Both the position numbers and the translations under genes were made by a program. The notes under the pieces are model-generated. The model had not been told where the DNA came from. It made no database searches and saw only the letters and a list, made by a program, of their open reading frames with translations. From NCBI RefSeq assembly GCF_009914755.1, contig NC_060927.1: a DNA stretch of 64,000 nt, one strand, 5' to 3'. Below are positions 14,771-29,514 of this stretch, piece after piece (positions within the stretch are counted from its first letter, which is position 1; each line of letters begins with the position of its first letter). This stretch comes from the human T2T-CHM13v2.0 reference genome, Homo sapiens.

Positions 14771-17639
14771 GTTATAAACCCTAAAACTATGCTCTGTATT
14801 GCTTAATGGCTTTTTTGTGTATTAATCTAATTGTCTGTGTGGCAAATTGATCGATTCTCCTTTAAACTGAGCTAACTCTAGTATTTATTTCATCTATTGA
14901 GCTTTTCATTTCGATGAGTACATATTTTATTCTCAAAATTTCTCACTGATTCATTTTTACAAGAAGTATTCTTATTTTCTGCCTTTTACACTTTCATTTT
15001 TAATTTTCAAGAGAAATTATGCCTGTATTTGTCCATTTAAGAATTTTTAAATGTTTATTTTAAATCTTTGTCAGGCTTTTATAAAATCAACTTTATCCAG
15101 GGTAAATTCATGTACTAACTGCTGAGGTTTGTCTTTTTTGTTTTTATTGTCTGTCTTAAAGGTAAAAATTATTCAAGTATTTTGGAATGTAGGTTTGCAG
15201 GATCATTTAGGTAGGAGTTGTTTATTCTTGTTGAGTTATTTTTGTTGATGTCTTCACCCTTTATTTCTTCTTTTATAATGTTTTGAGCTTTTTTGTATCC
15301 CTGGTATCCTTATTTGAAATTCAAGTCTTATAATGATATTTCAGGGCCCCCGTCTGCTGTGATATGACAGATCACCTAACAAAATGCTTCAGTTTTTCTT
15401 TAGGAGGTTCTCTTCCCACTTTCCATCTCACTCTGGTTCTCCTAGCCCATGAGCTCCTCTACACTGTGATGCATGTTCCACACAAGCAGGGATTTCTGTG
15501 GAATAAGGCCAGGGACATTTTAGAGGCTTTGAATATTTGTTGAATGAATTATTGAATAAATGGAGAACTCTATCAAAGGCTTGCTTTAGGCAGTGTGCCT
15601 GCCTTTACTTTGCACTCTTTGTTCCTGTAACCCTGCAGGTTCCAAAATCTAGGCAACCTATCTCCAAATTTAGATTAGAAGGTCAGAAACCCTGCAGCAT
15701 CAGCCCAACTTTTGACTTGGCATGTCTTTCTGGGGTATGGCTATGTTCACCTTATTGTGCTGCTACACATGAATTTTAACTCTTAAAAAATCAGGTATAT
15801 GTGTGTACATATATATGCACATTTATGTATTTATCATTGCTTTGTGTTTGCAGCAGGGAATGTTTATTGACGTGTAAGTCCTCTGTTCTAAATTTACCAT
15901 AAATTGATTTAAGAACTGACTGTTCATTAGGTATTCCTATGACAAATACTTCAATTCCTTTATTCTAAACATCAGTAATGCAGGCCATTTATTATTTTTT
16001 TTAGTTTATATCATGCTTTGTGATGAAAAGGCTTTGCATAGATTACACAGCACAAGTGTCAGTGCTAGAACTATACATGAAAATTTAGAATACAAGAAGT
16101 ATCTATCACTTAAAACTTAAAAACATCTTTATAGTTTCTAAGCAATTAATGTAAATAAATTATAGAAACTCTAACAACGGTTATAAACAGTAATATGAAT
16201 AAAACAAAAAGAAAACTTTGAATATTTACTTTAATAGCTATATATGACCATAACATTAATGAAAACTTAATATTATTTCATAAAATTACCTAACGCATAC
16301 TCGTAAAACACTGCATTTTTCATTAACACCCATGCTGTTATAATTATAGTACAAAAATTTAGACATGTATCTCCAAAACAGAATAGAAGATGGCCTAAGC
16401 AATTCAAAACTTTGGTACAAGGAGTAAACTTTGTGCAGGCTGCTTTCAGTTAGAAATAAGGACTAAATTTGTATCAGCTATAGACTACCAAAATATATTG
16501 CCCAATATATTTGCTAGGGATTTCTTGAGAAGCTCTATTGATTCACCCGTTTGTTTTCAAACTTTTACTAAAAAGGAAACATCTTTAATATAGTGACATA
16601 ATAATTGAATTCGTAATCATCAGATTCAAAACTGACATCATTTGAGTTTAGGTAATTTCTATAGTAACTTTCAAAAAATATGTATGTGGATTCCTGGCAC
16701 AGGCACTTGATTTAAAATTTGTGGTCTTGCTTTTCTAAATATCACTTATTAGATTTTTACTTGAAACTTAATAGTTTCAAGTAATATAGAAGAATAGTAT
16801 AGAAAATATAGAAGAATAGTACAATAAATACCCACGATAACTTCATCAAGTTGAACCAGTTGTTAACATTTTACTAGTCATCAAGCTAATATTCCTATTC
16901 ACTACTTCTATCCATTATTAAGAGGAGGCCTAACAAGACCTGGTTGTTTTATGCAGGATGTGTTTATTGTTTTTGCCCAGCTCCTCCACACCTGCCTCTA
17001 TGATATAAGTTCACTCAACGGCTAGGCAAATTCCATTGCAGAACTAGAACTACGGTAGCAGGTTTATTTGTAAATCTAGTGAGTCAGTTTTCAGTAACTA
17101 ACAGGTTTTCACCCAGATGGCCTCAAAGAGGGCTCTTTTTCTGCACACAAAGAATATTAGCCTGAAGATTCAATGAAGAAATTATTTATGAAAATTATTT
17201 GTATACAAATAAAATATTTTAAGGACTATTTGGTATTGTGAAAGGAAGAAGGCATGGTGGTTATGAATTATGAGTAGAAAGTAATCAGGCTTTAATATAA
17301 ACAGGTTTGTATTAAAAGACAATAGGATGAAGCTTAATAAAACAAGAGTTGAGAAGAATGGATAGCAAGGAAACAAAAAATTCAGTAAGATAATTAAAAA
17401 GTGAATTAATTGGAAATAAATAAAAGCTTAATTTATTTTGCAGATTATGAATTTAAATTATATGGAAAGCCAAGATGAGAATTTGAATCAGCATGTGGAA
17501 GCAAGTGGCTATACAATGAAAACAATGAGAAAAACCATTATCCTGTGAAAGAATAAGCATGGAATTCAGACTAATAATTGCTATGTTTCTGGAAATAAAC
17601 CAGCCTATGAGAGGGATAGTCAAAGATATACTGTTAAAT

Positions 17640-19750
17640 GTAGTAGTTATTATATTTATAAACATGTATAGCATTTATATTACTTTTCCTTTTTTTTTTT
17701 TCCTGGTGTTTTAACTTTCCTTCCGGTAACATTTCCCATCATTCTGGAGAACTTTGATCAGTTCTTTCAGAGAAGGCCTGCTGGAAACAGGTTCTCATAC
17801 ATTTTCTTCATCAGAGAATGTCTTTATTTTACCTTAAGTCCTGAATATTATTTTTGTTGGACATGGAATTCTAGCTTGGCAGTCCTTTTCTTTACAACAT
17901 TTAAAAAATATTTTGCCATTTCATTCTGGCATCCTTGATTTCTGATCAGACATCTTCTGTAATTCAAATCATTGACCCTTTATAAGTTTTTCTCAGGCTG
18001 CTTTCAATATTTTTCTCAGCCGCTGGCTTTCAGGAGTGTGTTTGTATTTCTTTGGTTTTATTTTGTTTAGTCTTTATCCAGATGTTTAAATACATAGGTT
18101 TATTCACCAAATTTAAGGAGTTTTCCATCATTATTTCTTCACACATATATTTCACCATACTCTTTTTCTTCTGTGATTTTATGACATAAATGTTAAATTG
18201 ACTTTTCGGTATGGTCCCATAAGGCTGTAATGCTTTGTTCATTTTTTTTCTATCTTTTTTTCTCTCCGTTATTTGGATCGTATAATTCCTATTAATTGGT
18301 CTTCAATTTCACTGAACTTCTGTTGTCATCTTTACTTTGACATTTACCCCATCCAGAGAGTTTTCATTTATTTTTTCAGCCCTAAAATCTCCCATTTTGT
18401 TCTTTTTTACATATATTCTATTTCTTTCCTAAGACTTTCTATATTTTCATTCATTTCCGAACTTCCACCTTCCTCATTGGAGAATTTTTATAATAGCTGC
18501 CACTGCTGCACTGAAAGGAGACTATTTTTGCACTCCTCCACCCTAGACTAGATGATTTCTCCCCTCTGAGTTGGTGCAGACACCCAGCTTTCAGGTGACC
18601 TTGGGTGGAAGCTGGTGGATACCAGAGAGAGAAATAGGCAAATTCACTGCCAATCAGGTGGTACTATATATTCTGGTCTTATTCCCCAATGTATTTATTG
18701 CTATTTACTTTTCAAAGTCCTCAGATACTTGTCCCATACATTCTCTTCAGAATGTTTTATGTATTTTATAGTTACATTCAGTGGGAGAAAGTGTAAACTC
18801 TGCTTATTTCATCTTACCTAGACTAGAAACTATACACATCCTTTCGCTTTTAAATTTTATGCGTTCACATATTTAATGCATGTCTCTTATAAGTCCATAT
18901 GACAATCTTTATTTACTGTAGTTCTCTTAGATTTACTGTTATCCACTGATATATTTAGGCTTTAAGCAATTATCTTAATTACTTGAGTTCTATTTGTTAT
19001 CTGTGTTACTTTTTCTCACCTTTTTTGAATTGCTTCTTTTTAATAATCCATTTTTCACTTTTATTAGCTTTACAGTTCTATGTTCTTTAATTATGTATTT
19101 AGTGACTATTACACAAATTAGATAGTATTGACTTAAAGCCTAAGAATCAAAGGGCTTTCTAATATGTTAGTTCCATTTACCCTTTCCAAATTATATTTTT
19201 AAATTCTGTGATATTTTAAATCCTAAAATTTTATAGATTTAATTAAATGTACCCACACTTTTACCATTGCTGCTCATACATCTCTGAGCTTCTTTCTAGT
19301 ATCATTATACTTCTGACTGAAATGTGCGTGTTCTGGTGATGAATTCTCTCAACTTGTTTGTCTGAAAAAGTTATCATCTGACCATAATAGTTGAATTATA
19401 TTTTCTTAGGTCTAAAATTCTATTTTACATCAAGATTTTGAAGACATCAGTCCATTGTTTCAGATTTCATTGTTTTTGTTGAGAAGTGGACATTTTACCC
19501 TACTTTTATTATTTTTTTCTTCATATTCAGTTTTTAGCAGCTTTACCATAATGTGCATCCATGAATAAGCTTTTCTTCGTAATTTCTGGTTAGCGTTTAT
19601 AGGACTACTTGAATCTGTAGATCAATGTATCAGAAATAAATGGAACTAATTTCCTGCTGATTTCTTCAAATATTACTTCTTGGATTTCTCATATATTTTA
19701 TTTTCTTCATGATAGTTTTCAATATCAATTTTTTCATAATGAGAATATTC
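17640..19750 (-). mobile_element. Ancient L1M fragments
   Basis: Antisense L1 ORF1-region hallmarks, e.g. gagaatgtctttattttaccttaagtcctgaatattatttttgttggacatggaattcta. Confidence 0.65.
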
Positions 19751-19912
19751 CTTGTTTAAAAAATCATTGTGTTAATTCAACAAATATTAAGTAGCATTCT
19801 ATGAGCCAAGTATAGTGCCAGGCACTGGAAAGATCAGAAATAAATGGAACAAATTTCCTGCTTTCATTGAGTATTATATTTTATATTGAATATAATGTAT
19901 GATCATAATATA

Positions 19913-20464
19913 TGAGAAGGAGAAAAGCAGCCCTTATCTATGTGTTAGGCCTTGATGCTGTTACAAGTTCGGCTGGCACTCACAGATAGGTCTTGGCCTT
20001 CTGCTAACATAAACAATTTAAACATCACATTAGGTCACACCATGATCATGATGGCTTCAAACAAAAATAAGATCATTCTGTAATGTCTGAACATAGACAA
20101 GTCATGAACATTGTGAGTGTACAAAAATAAACATTTCACTATCCTTGCTCATGTGAGTGACTGTTGCTTTTTTATTAAAGCATTAGACGTGGTCTAATAT
20201 TTTTTCCTTCCAGATAGTTCAGATAATCATAGAATTATGTCTGATTCCTGACATCATTCAATCTAAAGCCTCACTTCTTTAAACGCTCCTTCAGATCTTT
20301 TAACAAAAGCCTAAATCCTATAATCAATCCTATTGAATACCCTCTTACAGAAATGCACAACAGTTTTCCATGTTGTATGTTCTCCCTCACTGCAACAGGT
20401 AATAAATTCAACTTGTTCAACTACAGGTGTGTTCCTGATGGTCTTTGCCTGAAGAGCATTGACA
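19913..20464 (+). mobile_element. ERV1 solo LTR, MER67-like
   Basis: TG...CA termini (tgagaaggagaaaagcagccc ... gaagagcattgaca), internal ggctggcactcacagataggtcttgg, AATAAA at 20401. Confidence 0.65.
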
Positions 20465-21687
20465 TATATGTTTATGTGTGTCGAAGTAAAACCACCAGAA
20501 AATTAACCAAAAAGGTTTTAAGGAACAACTTTCTTCTATCTTTATTTTCCATATTTCTATTATACACATACTTCTTTACCAAAAAAATTAATTTTAAAAT
20601 ATTAATTTGTAAACCTTTATTAGGTAGTCTATATGTGATAGCCTTCGTATTGTCTTCCAAAATAAGAACACTAAGTACATCTGGGTGTTTAGTATAAAGT
20701 ATAGCTTTAGGAGAATTTATATTTTTATTTTGGGACTTTGTGTTGTCTGAATTTTCAAAAATGTACATGTACTCAGTATTCAGAGTCCACTAAAACAATT
20801 CAATTCTATTCAAAAACTAGCGCTGATGATACAGATTAAATATACTAAACTACAGATTAAGTAATCTGAAAGACTGGGACTAATCCTTACCTCCAGAGAA
20901 ACCCAGTTTGTTTTATTATTGGATAAGGCTCACATGGTAAAACTGTTAACTTGAAGTGGAAAGATATAATAAAGAATAAAATAAATTCCAGAAATTTTAA
21001 ACAAAGCCGCATTCCATTATGATATAATGTTAAGCTCTAAGTAAAATATTTAAAGTAGAGCTGTTCTTTTAGGGTGATGCCTGAAATACTATTGCAACTT
21101 GTACAATACCAAAACTTAATTCTTTTTTTATTTGTTCAAACTAAAAAGCTATTCAACTGTATCAGAAATAGTTTTACGGAACTGATTTATTCAACAGTAA
21201 CTCTAAATTAGCTTTTGCTTTCTGATTTTTTATCTTAATTGCAGCAGCCTATTTTTATATTCTATGTGACTTTTGCTACAGAAGTCCAAGTTATTATTTT
21301 CAAAAGTTAAGCTGGTGACCTACAGAGGAAATTATGTATTTTTATCTTGTCACATCTGACAGCTATTTTCCACAACACATCATCAAGTATTTCACTACAC
21401 ATCAAATTTCCATGTTTATAACTGGTAAAATTAAATATCAAACTAAACCAGACTTGCTTCTGTATCATTTCTATTATAAAAAATATTTTATTATAGCACT
21501 TCTAAAATTAGTGGCATATTTTATACCAAATTTTTGCATAATGTGGGTTAGTAATCTTAAAACAATAAGTTTTAATATGTAGGACCAGAGTGTTTAAGGA
21601 AAATGCCACCTGTGCTTTAAATGTTTCATTACAGACATAATGGTAATGAATGACATCCTTGAAACCACTATGCAAACAGTGATTTTT

Positions 21688-21688
<1 letters not shown>

Positions 21689-21724
<36 letters not shown>
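21689..21724 (+). repeat. A36 homopolymer with no adjacent retroelement body
   Basis: 36 consecutive A counted directly. Confidence 0.95.
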
Positions 21725-21726
<2 letters not shown>

Positions 21727-22036
21727 CTTACTGTTAGTGAGGAGAGAATATTTTATGCTCCCTTAGTGAACACCTCTACTAGTTTTCTTTATATAAAATT
21801 ATTCAAATAAAGTCATAAAAACCCATTCATTTACCTGCTGTCAAAGAGTAGAAAGTCAATAAAAATTATATATTTAGTAACACTTTATAAGTCATTTCAA
21901 TGATGTTTTATGAATTACTTCAACATTTAGAAGTAAAGCTTAACTTTTTCCATGAGATTTTTTTTTTAATGTGCTATGCTCATTATAAGAATGGATAGCT
22001 CCACATTTCATCAAAACAAATGCAGTTAAGATGCTT

Positions 22037-22379
<343 letters not shown>

Positions 22380-22596
22380 TCACCGAAAATGCCCAATTTG
22401 CTTAATAGTCACAGAAAAGTAGATAGACTTGACATAGAGTTTAGAAATGTTTGCCTGATACTAATAGAAACCAAACAGCAGAAATAATTAAAAGCTTCAA
22501 TATTCTCTACCTCCTTTTTTGCTTTTATTTTCATATTTGTATGTTTTCATAGAATTTCAAAAGGGCAGGAAAAGAATGGAACCATGTTAGTTATAC

Positions 22597-22741
22597 CTGT
22601 AAGGTGAGAGGACAGAACAGGAGCTATCACTGTTTTGTTTCCCATACAGTTTTCATGACTGGAACGTGGTCTGCATGGATAGTAAAGAGAGTGGTGGACC
22701 CTTTGACTTTTCGACAAACACCTTTTGGTACACCAAGCTGA
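22597..22741 (-). other. Candidate 145-nt exon ending in an acceptor/donor composite site
   Basis: Minus strand: acceptor ttgtcctttctgtcttcag|TCAG; 3' end ctcctgttctgtcctctcaccttacag|gtataa. Confidence 0.3.
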
Positions 22742-23446
22742 CTGAAGACAGAAAGGACAAATTCTACATATGGGGTTTATGTGGCTGCAGCACAGAACTA
22801 AAATTTTTTCTCATCCATAAGTCATTTGTCTTACAGCTTATAACATATGCTGAAAACACAGTAACATCTCACTAAAATTTGGTTGAAATATTTTTCTAAT
22901 AAGTTGAGAAACATGAAAAGAAAGTAGGAGAAAGGTGACTATTAATAGTAAAGAGACCTGCAATAGATCTCTTTTAAGTAATTATCTCAATGTTTTCCTT
23001 ATACTTCGGTGCAGACTTAGTTTTATGTACAGTATAAAACTTGATTAAACCAAGTAATATGTTGACAACTCTATTTTCTGACAAAGATTTTGGTGAGTAT
23101 ATGATTTCCATATGATCTTTTTAGTTTAATAATTCAAAGAAACACATAAGAGAGAGAAAATATGTTACTTTTGATAACATAGAATTCCATAACAGTTTAG
23201 TAATTGAAGACCTATGTAGGTGTAGATTGCCCTTTTTTTGGAAAAAGAGGTGAGTAAAGTCAGATTTTTATAATAAACATGACATTACAGAAATATCAAT
23301 ATACAGTGGATAGAAATTGATGTTGGCTCAGAAATAAGTTTAACATAAATAGCTCTAGATATGTCTTATCTTTTCTATTCATATTTTGAGAGTTGCTTTC
23401 ACAGTACAGAATGTAACAAGATTTTTAGTTTTGATATTATAAATAA

Positions 23447-23800
<354 letters not shown>

Positions 23801-25151
23801 TAAAAAAGAAAACATTGATGTTTAAATACATATATATAGAGAGATGATAGGCACATTATAAATGTGTGTGCATACACACATACATGCACATTTTATATGC
23901 ATGTTTTAAAGCATGTGCTCCTGTACGCTGCCTTGCTAATAAACTACTCCTCCCTGCTAGTTTTGTCACAACTTAAAACATTTAGTTTTAGCTGAAGTTC
24001 AATAACTAAATAATATAAAAGCTTGCCACCATGAAACAATGAAAGAAATTGAAGTTGCCCAAGTGCGTAAGTAAATACTTGAAAACTATTCATGTTTATA
24101 TTAACATAGCTAATATCATTTTCTCACCTTCTTTGTGAACAAGGAAGGCCTGGTATTTTCAGTTCAACTAATAGTTATCAAATACTATGTGCCATATACT
24201 ATGCTAGGTGCTGAATATTTAAAGATTAATTAGCCACATCTCTACCATCAAAGGGTTCTTACAGATGAAAGACTTCCAATAAAGTACATATGCAGTATAG
24301 AAATTTGAGCTGAAAACCCTCAACAGCTCCAATAAATGTTATGTATTAACATGTCACTTTTCTATTAACCTTTTCCATTTGATGCTCAGAAATAAAGTAG
24401 TACCTCTTCCTTGAAAAGAAAGGCGATTATCCTTGCTACTGTTCTACAGTCCATTTTAGTTTCCCAAATTTCTGAAATTAATGCTCACCTGCTTTATGTG
24501 CTCACTCCTTAGAAATCAGTACACTGGTTTCTGCCTTCACTATCTTGAAACATCACCAAAAATGTCACTAATCACCTCTTAAATGCCAAGTCTACTGGTA
24601 GTTTCTGCAGCCAGCTTTTGATACTGATCGACATCCACTTTAAAAAACTCTTTCCTCTGAATCTCTGGTCCTCTGATCCTACTCAGTTTCTCCACCTAAC
24701 CCTCTGAGCCCTTCTCTGTACCATTTGTTGTTTTCTCTTCCATTTCCCACTTTCTGTGACCATTTGTCTAAATCTGCCCATCAGTCATGTACTCATACTT
24801 ATTCCCCTCTTTGCTTCATAAAACTCAGACATTTTCATAGATTCAATTAAAAATTTCATTAAACAAATTAAAATACATTAAGTATTATCCATGAATGAAA
24901 ATAGAACATGACCTGCTTGGGGACAAATTAAGAACTTTGGTTATCTCAAGGTTATTGCTAAGAAAGATGAATTTCAAATTAAATATAAATTATAACCATG
25001 CCTGTTAAATTGCCACTTTGAAATAAATGTTTGAGCTATGTTAGACCACAAAGAACAGGTCTGGGTTCTAAAATGGACATAAATAAAGATTTGGGCCCAG
25101 TTAAAACTTATGGCCACTTTATTCACTAATCAAACAAAAAATAAGAAGTGA

Positions 25152-25449
25152 GGTGGGCGTGGTGGCTCACATCTGTAATCTCAGCACTTTCTGAGGCCAA
25201 GGCAGGTGGATCACCTGAGGTCAGGAGTTTCAGACCAGCCTGGCCAACATGGTGAAACCTTATCTCTACTAAAAATACAAAAATTATCTGGGTGATGTGG
25301 TGCACGCCTGTAATCCTAGCTACTTGGGAAGCCGAGGCAGGAGAATCGCTTGAACCTGGGACGTGGAGGTTGCAGTGAGTTCAGACTGTGCCACTGCACT
25401 ACAGCATCGGTGACAGAGTGAGACTCTGTCTCCAAAATAATAATAATAA
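25152..25449 (+). mobile_element. AluSx-like SINE
   Basis: Full dimer, (TAA)n tail; TSD aataaga(a/t)gtga. Confidence 0.93.
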
Positions 25450-26033
25450 GATGTGAATAGGACATAAGACATACAAGAGATACAAATACAAGTACATGAT
25501 AGGACCCACCTTCCTAGTGTCTCCTTACATTCACATGAATGTATGACCAGCATAAGTAATTAACTACACCCACATATAAAGGATAAGGAATCCACAATCA
25601 CAGGCTCACTGCCTTTTATGCCAGTAAGCCAGGGCAGGAGCCATGTCAGCTTCAATTTCTATCGACTATCACAAGGGAATTCTTTGCTGTGCTACCAGGA
25701 CATCTTTCCTTTGTATATTCTATCTCTTCCCATATTATCAGGTCAATGGCGGTCCAGGTCATGGTCTACTTACCACATAGGATAACTTCATCACCATTAA
25801 GGTGACAAAGCAAGCAAGGTCTTTCAAAACAGAGTTATGATGGCTAGGGACTTAGACAAAGAATCAAGAAAACCTGGTTTCTTATTCTGGTTCTGGAAAC
25901 ATCAAAGATTTCAAGAAAGTTTATTTTCCTTGTACTTCTGCTATCTCAATACCTACAAAAAACGAGTAGATTATATTATTACCAATCTCTCTTCAAACTC
26001 TTAACATATTATAATAATGCTTTTATCTGCATC

Positions 26034-26250
26034 AGAAGGACACAAATTAGAGTCCACAGGCTAAATGTGCCTGCCACCTGCTTTTGTAAATAAACTTGTT
26101 TTGGGACACAATCACACCCATCTATGACATGTAGCTTATGGCTGATTTTGCTACAAGGACTAAGTTGAGGAGTTGTGACAGAGATCATAGGACCCAGAAT
26201 GCCTAAAATACTTGCTTTCTGGACCTTTATTTTAAAAAGTTCACTGTCCA
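26034..26250. mobile_element. MER58A (hAT-Charlie)
   Basis: gcctgccacctgcttttgtaaataaacttgttttgggacaca...aagttgaggagttgtgacagaga...gcctaaaatacttgctttctggacctttat. Confidence 0.8.
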
Positions 26251-26780
26251 ACAACCTACAAACCTCCTTCTCCATATATTCTCTTCTGACATCTCTAGAG
26301 GTCAGTCTCCTATCTTCAACTAATTTTTTTAAGCACCATTTGGAATGAACCAAAAAATATTATCCACTATCTGAATGGCAAAGGGGTATTCCTTTATTCC
26401 TCCTCCATTACTATTCACTATAAAACGTAAATGCCACAAAAGTTAACATCAAACAGAGTTGATAGTCATATCTTTTGGAGGCTATAAAATGTAGGGATTA
26501 GGAGCATCAAACTCATAACTGCCTATGGAATCAAATGGAATGAAATTATAACTCTGAGCTCTTCTACTTATCATTCAACATCTCCCAAGCTATTAATGCA
26601 TTATAATCCTTAAAACAATACTATTTCTTGTAAATAACTTATATTAATGCCAGGCACATAGTAGGTGCTCAGTAAATTTGAGCTATTACTGTTAATTATG
26701 GTAATATCTCTGGCTTTCAGAAAAGTGCCAAGTACATAGTTAACACTGAAAACTGTTTAATGAATTAAAAGACTGAATGA

Positions 26781-27132
<352 letters not shown>

Positions 27133-27691
27133 TCAGGCTAAAACCTCAGTCCTACCTTTAGTTTTAATATCTCCTGTAGACTTACAATCAAGTTCTGCTA
27201 ATTATTTACTTGTAAACTCTATGAATCTGACCATCCAGGCTTTTCTCCCTGGATCTAGAATTGTCTCCTTTTTCATCTACCTGAACAACTTATTTAGAAA
27301 CTCATATATATCCCATAATCTCTGCAATACTTTATGACAGAAGTGTATGACAATTACCCAAAGAACAGATCTCTGCAGAAGGTTAGAGTTTTAACCTACA
27401 TGCAACAGACAGTTACTGGAGCTTTTTATGCAAGAAAAGGAAAACAGAAGCAGTGCTGAACTACTGATTGTTACGTACTCTCCAGGGTGATTTTCCATGA
27501 ATTGCTAGAACACCAACAAGCAAAGAATATAGAAAATAATACCTCAGCCCTTGAAGAAATGTCTCCAATGGATTATAATTAAGTCATGTGCCCAAAGTCG
27601 TTTTGGAAAGAACTTCTCCAAGAGACCTCAATCTCAAAAGCCTCCTGACTATTCCAAACCACAGTTGAAGATACCTAATAATCTAAAGCTT

Positions 27692-27986
27692 CTGTGTCCA
27701 GTGGTAGCCTCTAGCTTCAGGTAGCTATTGAGCATTTAAAACATGACCAGTCCAAATTGAGATGTGCTGTTATGAACAAATACACACCTGATTTCAAAGA
27801 CTTAGAAAAATTATCAAATATCTCATTAATATTGTTTTATAATGATTATACGTTTTAACGATACATATTTGGAGATATTTGGTTAAAGTATTTACATTTT
27901 CCTGCCTCTTTTTACTTTTTAAAGTGTAGTTACTAGACATGTTAAAATGTATATAGATTGTATTGTATTTGTATTTGACAGCATTG
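27692..27986. mobile_element. MER33 (opposite orientation to the 14.5-kb copy)
   Basis: gtagctattgagcatttaaaacatgaccagtccaaattgagatgtgctg...atacacacctgatttcaaagacttag. Confidence 0.75.
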
Positions 27987-28199
27987 ACATAAAAGAGCTA
28001 ATTCAAGACCCATCATTAAAACCATTAGTGTCTTTGAAATCACTCACTAAACAAAACAAAACAACCCAGCAATGATTTTGACAGATCTACGTTTCCATTT
28101 CAGGGAATTTTCTACTGTGGAAGCCAAAGGTGTCCACACATACTTCCTCTTTATTTCCAGGACCAAGAGTTGAACAAGTGACTTCAGTTCAGCCAGCCA

Positions 28200-28545
28200 G
28201 AGACCCCTACTGAGGACTTTGGAACTGGAGGGATACACAGGAACAACTATGCAACAACTAATTCCCCTGGTGGGACTACCCTGGTGGGAGTAGCAGCACT
28301 AGTCCAGTGGCAGCAGTGTCCGTGGCAACAGCAAGAGAGAATCCTACTGACTGTACCTGTGGTTTGGCCTTGCATGTTCCTTGATCTTCTGACATCTTCA
28401 GTTCCTGCCCATTTCTTCACCTCACTCCCTACTAATCTCATTGACCCTATAAGCTACCCAATATTCTTCTAATAAATTTCCATCCTGATTAAGCCTACTA
28501 AAGTCAGTTTTTAATGCTTGCATCTGAGAACATTAAATAATAGAC
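28200..28545 (+). mobile_element. MLT1-type MaLR LTR fragment
   Basis: 3' end aataaatttccatcctgattaagcc...gtcagtttttaatgcttgcatctgagaac. Confidence 0.5.
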
Positions 28546-28959
28546 CTACAATATTTTACTATTTTTTTCTTTTTATCAGAAAACAATATCACATTCAGTG
28601 CCCCTTGTACAGTCATTCTCACACTTGAATGTAAATCTAAATTACCTGGAATGCTTATTAATTCCCCGACTACTGGGCTGTACCCCCAGCATATTTACAT
28701 TTTACCACATCCATTAAAAAAAATGAACAAGTGAAAAGACTATTTTGACTTCTCTCTTATTGTCTACTTTCCACCCATTATTTAAGATCCAACTCAACTC
28801 TCTTCCTTCATGATGCCTTCCCAGAAGATAGGGATCCCTCTTTGCAGTGAACTAATTGCATATATTGTATATCAGTCCTGTGAAAATTAATGACAAACCG
28901 TTCCATTTGGCCTCTTGTGTTTTGAAGAATTTTTATAGGCACATGGGTAGGGTGGGGTG

Positions 28960-28961
<2 letters not shown>

Positions 28962-29000
<39 letters not shown>
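28962..29000 (+). repeat. (GT)19 microsatellite
   Basis: Perfect dinucleotide run read directly. Confidence 0.95.
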
Positions 29001-29003
<3 letters not shown>

Positions 29004-29179
29004 TTACATGACCAGGAAGTATCATAATCCAGTAGAAAAGAAAGGTTTTGGAGTCAGACTGGATAAAATTTCATCTCTACTCACTACTGACTGCAGGATT
29101 ACTAATTCCTCAGAGCTTCAGTCCCCTCATCTTAAAATCAAGGATAATATTACCTTTGCTTTAAATAGGTATTTTATTG

Positions 29180-29514
29180 TTGCTGTTGTTTTAGTTTTGA
29201 GACAGGGTCTCCTCGCTCTGTCACCCAAGCTAGAGTGCAGTGATGTGATCACAGCTCACAGCAGCCTTGACCTCCCGGGCTCAAGTGATTCTCCTGCCTC
29301 AGCCTCCTGAGTATCTAGGACTACAGTTGCATACCACCATGCCTGCCTCATTTTGGGGTTTTCTTTGTTTTTTTGTTTTGTTTTTTTGTATTTTTTGTAG
29401 AGAAGGGGTTTTGCCATGTTGCTCAGGCTTGTCTCAAACTCCTGGGCTCTAGTGTTCTGCCTGCCTCTGTCTCCCAATGTGCTAGGACTACAGGCATGAG
29501 CCACTGCACCAGGC
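29180..29514 (-). mobile_element. AluJ SINE
   Basis: gagacagggtctc...cacagctcacagcagccttgacctcccgggctcaag...caaactcctgggctc (J diagnostics). Confidence 0.9.
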
